From Escherichia coli (GTDB lineage: Bacteria; Pseudomonadota; Gammaproteobacteria; Enterobacterales; Enterobacteriaceae): a stretch of 64,000 nucleotides of DNA. A model generated the notes under the pieces. It had not been told where the DNA came from. It saw only the letters and a program-made list of their open reading frames with translations, and searched no databases. Both the position numbers and the translations under genes were made by a program. Positions 58,095 to 64,000 of the stretch are shown here, in pieces. The DNA lies in assembly GCF_024298765.1 (NCBI RefSeq), contig NZ_CP101210.1; one strand, written 5' to 3'. The first letter of the stretch is position 1, and each line of letters starts with the position of its first letter.

Positions 58095-59489
58095 ATGCCA
58101 TTTAAAACACTCTCCCGACGCACCTTCCTGACGGCAAGCTCGGCGCTTGCCTTCCTCCATACCCCTTTCGCTCGCGCACTTCCCGCCCGACAAAGCGTTA
58201 ACATTAACGACTACAACCCACACGACTGGATCGCCTCATTTAAACAAGCCTTCAGCGAAGGGCGAACGGTCGTCGTGCCTGCCGGATTGGTTTGTGACAA
58301 TATCAACACCGGCATCTTCATTCCTCCCGGCAAAACGTTACACATCCTTGGAAGCCTGCGCGGCAATGGCAGAGGGCGATTTGTCTTACAGGACGGCAGC
58401 CAGGTGACAGGGGAGGAGGGCGGCAGTATGCATAACATCACCCTGGATGTGCGTGGCTCTGACTGCACCATCAAAGGGCTGACGATGAGCGGCTTTGGTC
58501 CGGTAACGCAGATTTATATCGGCGGCAAAAACAAACGAGTAATGCGTAACCTCTCCATCGATAACCTGACCGTTAGCCACGCTAATTACGCCATCTTACG
58601 CCAGGGATTTCATAACCAGATTATCGGTGCCAACATCACCAACTGTAAATTTAGTGATTTACAGGGCGACGCCATTGAATGGAACGTGGCGATTAACGAC
58701 CGTGATATTTTGATATCTGACCATGTCATCGAGCGCATCAACTGTACCAACGGCAAAATCAACTGGGGTATCGGCATAGGCCTTGCGGGAAGTACCTACG
58801 ATAATAACTACCCGGAAGACCAGGCAGTGAAAAACTTTGTCGTGGCGAATATCACGGGATCGGATTGTCGGCAGTTGATCCATGTTGAAAATGGTAAACA
58901 TTTTGTTATTCGTAATATCAAAGCCCGCAATATCACGCCGGATTTCAGTAAGAAAGCAGGTATTGATAACGCGACGGTCGCTATTTACGGTTGTGACAAT
59001 TTCGTGATTGATAATATTGAAATGATTAATAGCGCCGGAATGTTAATCGGCTATGGGGTAATTAAAGGCACATATCTCTCGATACCGCAAAATTTCCGAG
59101 TGAATAATATTCAACTGGATAATACCCACCTTGCTTACAAATTGCGCGGCATCCAAATCTCTGCCGGGAATGCCGTCTCCTTTGTGGCACTGACTAACAT
59201 TGAGATGAAGCGTGCGTCGCTGGAGTTACACAACAAACCGCAACATCTTTTTATGCGAAATATCAAGGTGATGCAGGAATCCTCAGTTGGACCCGCATTG
59301 AGCATGAACTTTGACATGCGCAAAGACGTTCGCGGCGTATTTATGGCGAAAAAAGAAACACTACTGTCTCTTGCAAATGTTCATGCGGTGAATGAAAAAG
59401 GGCAAAGCTCCGTCGATATCGACAGGATTAATCACCATATTGTTAATGTGGAAAAGATTAACTTTAGATTGCCGGAACGGAGGGAGTAG
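58095..59489 (+). CDS. wcaM: colanic acid biosynthesis protein WcaM (secreted, beta-helix-like)
   Basis: 464 aa; Tat-like signal ([14 protein letters not shown]). Confidence 0.85.
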   Translation: MPFKTLSRRTFLTASSALAFLHTPFARALPARQSVNINDYNPHDWIASFKQAFSEGRTVVVPAGLVCDNINTGIFIPPGKTLHILGSLRGNGRGRFVLQDGSQVTGEEGGSMHNITLDVRGSDCTIKGLTMSGFGPVTQIYIGGKNKRVMRNLSIDNLTVSHANYAILRQGFHNQIIGANITNCKFSDLQGDAIEWNVAINDRDILISDHVIERINCTNGKINWGIGIGLAGSTYDNNYPEDQAVKNFVVANITGSDCRQLIHVENGKHFVIRNIKARNITPDFSKKAGIDNATVAIYGCDNFVIDNIEMINSAGMLIGYGVIKGTYLSIPQNFRVNNIQLDNTHLAYKLRGIQISAGNAVSFVALTNIEMKRASLELHNKPQHLFMRNIKVMQESSVGPALSMNFDMRKDVRGVFMAKKETLLSLANVHAVNEKGQSSVDIDRINHHIVNVEKINFRLPERRE

Positions 59490-59646
59490 ATTTGCGACCA
59501 TTCATAAACTTACTGGATATAATGTTCTAAAAGATTATAATCCTCACACTAACTGTTAAAGCTGGGGCTGGGCAGCATTGACTACTCAGGGAAGGTACTC
59601 ATCTTTATCTTGTGTTTCTTACGTAACAACCAGACTAAAGTGATTT

Positions 59647-60642
59647 ATGAACGATAACGTTTTGCTCATAGGAGCTTCCGGATTCGTAGGAACCCGACTA
59701 CTTGAAACGGCAATTGCTGACTTTAATATCAAGAACCTGGACAAACAGCAGAGCCACTTTTATCCAGAAATCACACAGATTGGCGATGTTCGCGATCAAC
59801 AGGCACTCGACCAGGCATTAGTTGGTTTTGACACTGTTGTACTACTGGCAGCGGAACACCGCGATGACGTCAGCCCTACTTCTCTCTATTATGATGTCAA
59901 CGTTCAGGGTACCCGCAATGTGCTGGCGGCCATGGAAAAAAATGGCGTTAAAAATATCATCTTTACCAGTTCCGTTGCTGTTTATGGTTTGAACAAACAT
60001 AACCCTGACGAAAACCATCCACACGACCCTTTCAACCACTACGGCAAAAGTAAGTGGCAGGCAGAGGAAGTGCTGCGTGAATGGTATAACAAAGCACCAA
60101 CAGAACGTTCATTAACCATCATCCGTCCTACCGTTATCTTCGGTGAACGCAACCGCGGTAACGTCTATAACTTGCTGAAACAGATCGCTGGCGGCAAGTT
60201 TATGATGGTGGGCGCAGGGACTAACTATAAGTCCATGGCTTATGTTGGAAACATTGTTGAGTTTATCAAGTACAAACTGAAGAATGTTGCCGCAGGTTAT
60301 GAGGTTTATAACTACGTTGATAAGCCAGACCTGAACATGAACCAGTTGGTTGCTGAAGTTGAACAAAGTCTGAACAAAAAGATCCCTTCTATGCACTTGC
60401 CTTACCCACTAGGAATGCTGGGTGGATATTGCTTTGATATCCTGAGCAAAATTACGGGCAAAAAATACGCTGTCAGCTCTGTGCGCGTGAAAAAGTTCTG
60501 CGCAACTACACAGTTTGACGCAACGAAAGTGCATTCGTCAGGTTTTGTTGCACCGTATACGCTGTCGCAAGGTCTGGATCGAACTCTGCAGTATGAATTC
60601 GTCCATGCCAAAAAAGACGACATAACGTTTGTTTCTGAGTAA
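59647..60642 (+). CDS. NAD-dependent epimerase/dehydratase-family protein, Gnu/Z3206-like (GlcNAc-P-P-undecaprenol 4-epimerase-like)
   Basis: 331 aa; extended-SDR motifs (LLIGASGFVG, YGKSK); sits between wcaM and galF as I recall for Z3206 in O157-type loci. Confidence 0.65.
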   Translation: MNDNVLLIGASGFVGTRLLETAIADFNIKNLDKQQSHFYPEITQIGDVRDQQALDQALVGFDTVVLLAAEHRDDVSPTSLYYDVNVQGTRNVLAAMEKNGVKNIIFTSSVAVYGLNKHNPDENHPHDPFNHYGKSKWQAEEVLREWYNKAPTERSLTIIRPTVIFGERNRGNVYNLLKQIAGGKFMMVGAGTNYKSMAYVGNIVEFIKYKLKNVAAGYEVYNYVDKPDLNMNQLVAEVEQSLNKKIPSMHLPYPLGMLGGYCFDILSKITGKKYAVSSVRVKKFCATTQFDATKVHSSGFVAPYTLSQGLDRTLQYEFVHAKKDDITFVSE

Positions 60643-60884
60643 TGCAGACGAGTCAGAGAAAAAAGGACTAGGTTGGACTACGATTATTCGGAAAGAGGTA
60701 CTGATTAAATTATCAGTATGTGGATTTCCGAGTAATCCGAGTAACCCAGATGCTGATGGTGTGTAGTGTTATCGTAAGGTTTAAGCAAAGTTATGCGGAA
60801 CTAAGCTTTGGTATATAGCCATAACGTTTGGCTAACCTATGGCAATAATTTACGCACTATCAGCCACTTAGAGGTAGGAAAAGA

Positions 60885-61778
60885 ATGACGAATTTAAAAG
60901 CAGTTATACCGGTAGCAGGTCTTGGGATGCATATGTTGCCTGCCACTAAGGCGATTCCCAAAGAGATGCTACCGATCGTCGACAAGCCAATGATTCAGTA
61001 CATTGTTGACGAGATTGTGGCTGCAGGGATCAAAGAAATCCTCCTGGTAACTCATGCGTCCAAGAACGCGGTCGAAAACCACTTCGACACCTCTTATGAA
61101 TTAGAATCTCTCCTTGAACAGCGCGTGAAGCGTCAGCTGCTGGCGGAAGTGCAGTCCATCTGTCCGCCTGGCGTGACCATTATGAACGTGCGTCAGGGTG
61201 AACCTTTAGGTTTGGGCCACTCCATTTTATGTGCACGACCCGCCATTGGTGACAACCCATTTGTCGTGGTGCTGCCAGACGTTGTGATCGATGACGCCAG
61301 CGCCGACCCGCTGCGCTACAACCTTGCTGCCATGATTGCGCGCTTCAACGAAACGGGCCGCAGCCAGGTGCTGGCAAAACGTATGCCGGGTGACCTCTCT
61401 GAATACTCCGTCATTCAGACCAAAGAACCGCTGGACCGTGAAGGCAAAGTCAGCCGCATTGTTGAATTTATCGAAAAACCGGATCAGCCGCAGACGCTGG
61501 ACTCAGACATCATGGCCGTAGGTCGTTATGTGCTTTCTGCTGATATTTGGCCGGAACTGGAACGTACTCAGCCTGGTGCATGGGGGCGTATTCAGCTTAC
61601 TGATGCTATTGCCGAACTGGCGAAAAAACAGTCCGTTGATGCCATGCTGATGACTGGAGACAGCTACGACTGCGGTAAAAAAATGGGCTATATGCAGGCG
61701 TTTGTGAAGTATGGGCTGCGCAACCTGAAAGAAGGGGCGAAGTTCCGCAAAGGTATTGAGAAGGTGTTAAGTGAATAA
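60885..61778 (+). CDS. galF: UTP-glucose-1-phosphate uridylyltransferase subunit GalF
   Basis: 297 aa; matches recalled GalF ([43 protein letters not shown]...). Confidence 0.95.
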   Translation: MTNLKAVIPVAGLGMHMLPATKAIPKEMLPIVDKPMIQYIVDEIVAAGIKEILLVTHASKNAVENHFDTSYELESLLEQRVKRQLLAEVQSICPPGVTIMNVRQGEPLGLGHSILCARPAIGDNPFVVVLPDVVIDDASADPLRYNLAAMIARFNETGRSQVLAKRMPGDLSEYSVIQTKEPLDREGKVSRIVEFIEKPDQPQTLDSDIMAVGRYVLSADIWPELERTQPGAWGRIQLTDAIAELAKKQSVDAMLMTGDSYDCGKKMGYMQAFVKYGLRNLKEGAKFRKGIEKVLSE

Positions 61779-62011
61779 AAATTGATCATCCATATATGGT
61801 GGATTGAATAAAAATAGAACTGCAGTGAACATTCAAAAGAAAAGATGATTACGTTATAAGAATGTTCCTGTCTTTTATTGAAAGTATTTAATAACAATAA
61901 GTTACAGCATGTATCGCTCGTACATAGATTTTCCTTGTATTTGACTTCGTTTGATTAGACTATTGGAAAATAGTGAAAAGTATTAAATAATTAGTACCTA
62001 TGATTCATTTT

Positions 62012-62050
62012 CAGTGAGTTGGTAACTGTTAAGCCAAGGGCGGTAGCGTG
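62012..62050 (+). promoter_or_regulatory. JUMPstart element with ops site (O-antigen operon leader)
   Basis: 39-bp cagtgagttggtaactgttaagccaagggcggtagcgtg; ops GGCGGTAGCGTG at 62039-62050. Confidence 0.85.
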
Positions 62051-62085
62051 TGTTTTGATCCTACCCACGTAATATGGACACAGGC

Positions 62086-62841
62086 CTAAGCGAGGTTCTG
62101 GTTTTCAAATTGTTCCGGACTGAGGCCGCCACACCAACTGTGCCGCCGCCACCGATTGTAATCACATTCGATATAATTAAACACCGTTGCCCGCATTATT
62201 TCCCGGCTGATAAAGTGTTCTCCATGGATACATTCCACTTTCAGCGAATGAAAGAAGCTTTCCACGCAGGCATTATCGTAGCAGCAACCTTTTGCGCTCA
62301 TACTTCCACGCAGATTATGCCGCTTCAGTTGCGCCGTCATGCGTGGCGACATTGACCAGCCAATAACGGCACGTGACCACAGGTCAATGACCACTGCCAG
62401 ATACAGCCAGCCTTCATCTGTACGTAAGTACGTGATGTCTCCTGCCCACTTCTGGTTCGGGCCACTGGCGTAAAAATCCTGCTCCAACAGATTTTCTGAC
62501 ACAGGCAGGCCGTGTGCGCGGTAGCTGACCGGGCTGAACTTCCGGGAGGCCTTTGCCCTCAGTCCCTGACGGCGCAGGCTTGCCGCCACGGTTTTTACGT
62601 TAAAGGGGTAACCCTGAGCACGCAGTTCATCCGTCAGGCGTGGGGCACCGTAACGCTGTTTTGACCGGGTAAAAGCCGCGAGGACAACGCTGTCGCAGTG
62701 TTGGCGGAACTGCTGACGCGTGCTTATCCTTGTCCGCCGCTGACACCACGTATACCAGCCGCTGCGGGCCACCCGGAGCACGCGGCACATTGCTTTGATG
62801 CTGAACTCAGCCTGATGTTTTTCAATAAAGACATACTTCAT
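62086..62841 (-). pseudogene. insF: IS3 OrfB transposase with ~37-aa internal deletion
   Basis: 251 aa against ~288 expected; reads ...[20 protein letters not shown]..., missing the block that I recall contains HTDRGGQY. Confidence 0.65.
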
Positions 62842-63137
62842 TTCAGGCGCTTCGCGAAGTATGTCGCGGCCTTTTGGAGGATAGCCAGCTCTTCATCCCG
62901 TTCTGCCAGCTGGCGTTTGAGACGTGCAATCTCGGTAGACATCTCCAGTTCACGTTCAGAAGACGTCTGCTGATTTTGCTGTTTACTGCGCCAGTTGTAG
63001 AGCTGTGATTCATACAGGCTGAGTTCACGGGCTGCGGCAGTAACACCGATGCGTTCAGCAAGCTTCAGGGCTTCACTGCGAAATTCAGGCGAATGCTGTT
63101 TACGGGGTTTTTTACTGGTTGATACTGTTTTTGTCAT
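62838..63137 (-). CDS. insE: IS3 OrfA (HTH protein, 99 aa)
   Basis: [32 protein letters not shown]... matches recalled IS3 OrfA. Confidence 0.85.
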   Translation of the reverse strand: MTKTVSTSKKPRKQHSPEFRSEALKLAERIGVTAAARELSLYESQLYNWRSKQQNQQTSSERELEMSTEIARLKRQLAERDEELAILQKAATYFAKRLK

Positions 63138-63237
63138 GTGAGTCACCTCTGACTGAGAGTTTACTCACTTAGCCGCGTGTCCACTATTGCTGGGTAAGAT
63201 CATTTTTCTCTCAATCCTCATGATAAAGGAGGTTTAT

Positions 63238-64000
63238 ATGGTGATTTTCGTAACAGGCGGTGCAGGATATATTGGATCCCATACCATACTTGAGTTACTT
63301 AATAATGGTCATGATGCCGTTTCGATAGATAATTTTGCCAATTCCTCTATAGAATCATTAAAAAGAGTAGAGCAAATAACTAATAAGAAAATTATTTCTT
63401 ATCAAGGTGATATCCGTGATAAAAATCTACTTGATGAGATTTTTTCAAGACATCATATCGATGCTGTAATTCATTTTGCATCGTTAAAATCTGTAGGTGA
63501 GTCAAAGTTAAAGCCCTTAGAGTATTATTCTAATAATGTTGGTGGAACTTTAGTATTACTTGAATGCATGAAGAGATATAACATTAATAAAATGATATTT
63601 AGCTCTTCTGCTACTGTTTATGGGAATAACAGTATCCCTCCCCATACGGAAGATAGACGAATTGGTGAAACTACAAACCCATATGGGACATCGAAGTTTA
63701 TAATAGAAATGATTTTGAGTGATTATTGTGATAGCGATAATAATAAATCAGTAATTGCACTACGTTATTTTAATCCAATCGGAGCACATAAGTCCGGGAT
63801 GATTGGTGAAAATCCTAACGGGATTCCTAATAATCTGGTTCCTTATATATCTAAAGTTGCACAAAATCAACTTCCTGTATTAAATATTTATGGCAACGAT
63901 TATCCAACTAAAGATGGTACAGGAGTAAGAGACTATATACATGTCTGTGATTTGGCTAAAGGGCATGTTAAAGCATTAGAATATATGTTTTTAAATGATG
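63238..64000 (+). CDS. gne: UDP-sugar 4-epimerase (GalE/Gne family), first gene of an AT-rich O-antigen cluster; 3' end beyond the window
   Basis: Translation MVIFVTGGAGYIGSHTILELL...YGTSK...; GxxGxxG and YxxxK SDR motifs; RBS aaaggagg; visibly AT-rich. Confidence 0.8.
   Translation, partial: MVIFVTGGAGYIGSHTILELLNNGHDAVSIDNFANSSIESLKRVEQITNKKIISYQGDIRDKNLLDEIFSRHHIDAVIHFASLKSVGESKLKPLEYYSNNVGGTLVLLECMKRYNINKMIFSSSATVYGNNSIPPHTEDRRIGETTNPYGTSKFIIEMILSDYCDSDNNKSVIALRYFNPIGAHKSGMIGENPNGIPNNLVPYISKVAQNQLPVLNIYGNDYPTKDGTGVRDYIHVCDLAKGHVKALEYMFLND

Larger units (their letters stand above)
62056..63202 (-). mobile_element. IS3 copy with internal in-frame deletion (~1147 bp vs canonical ~1258 bp), flanked by TTT
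   Basis: IS3 ends TGATCCTACCCACG... (62056) and ...CCACTATTGCTGGGTAAGATCA (63202); orfA and truncated orfB on the minus strand; TTT on both sides. Confidence 0.8.

Overview
The window is an Escherichia coli-type chromosomal segment, collinear with (and reverse-complemented relative to) the K-12 region gatCD-gatR / yegS-yegR-yegQ-yegP / baeSR-mdtABCD / sib-ibs / yegL-yegK-yegJ-yegI-yegD / alkA / dgcE(yegE) / udk-dcd-asmA / yegH / the complete colanic acid (wza-wzb-wzc-wca) cluster / galF, ending at the 5' edge of an AT-rich O-antigen locus. All gene identities are from reading the supplied translations and motifs against recalled E. coli proteins; no database search was run. Most of the window is ordinary, well-described housekeeping and capsule biosynthesis. 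The features that deserve a second look are: (1) three different insertion sequences, each sitting at a functionally sensitive point: IS150 inside the sib/ibs type I toxin-antitoxin repeat, IS5 in the yegJ/yegI divergent promoter region, and an internally deleted IS3 five bp downstream of the O-antigen ops/JUMPstart element; (2) a +1 frameshift in a G homopolymer that splits the c-di-GMP enzyme gene dgcE; (3) the yegL-yegK-yegI(-yegD) cluster, a vWA / PP2C phosphatase / Ser-Thr kinase triad with an Hsp70-like ATPase. This is the best candidate for a poorly understood system in the window, and it resembles TerY-P-type conflict or defence triads; its genes are already named in K-12, so it is under-characterised rather than new. 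No CRISPR array, rRNA or tRNA was found.
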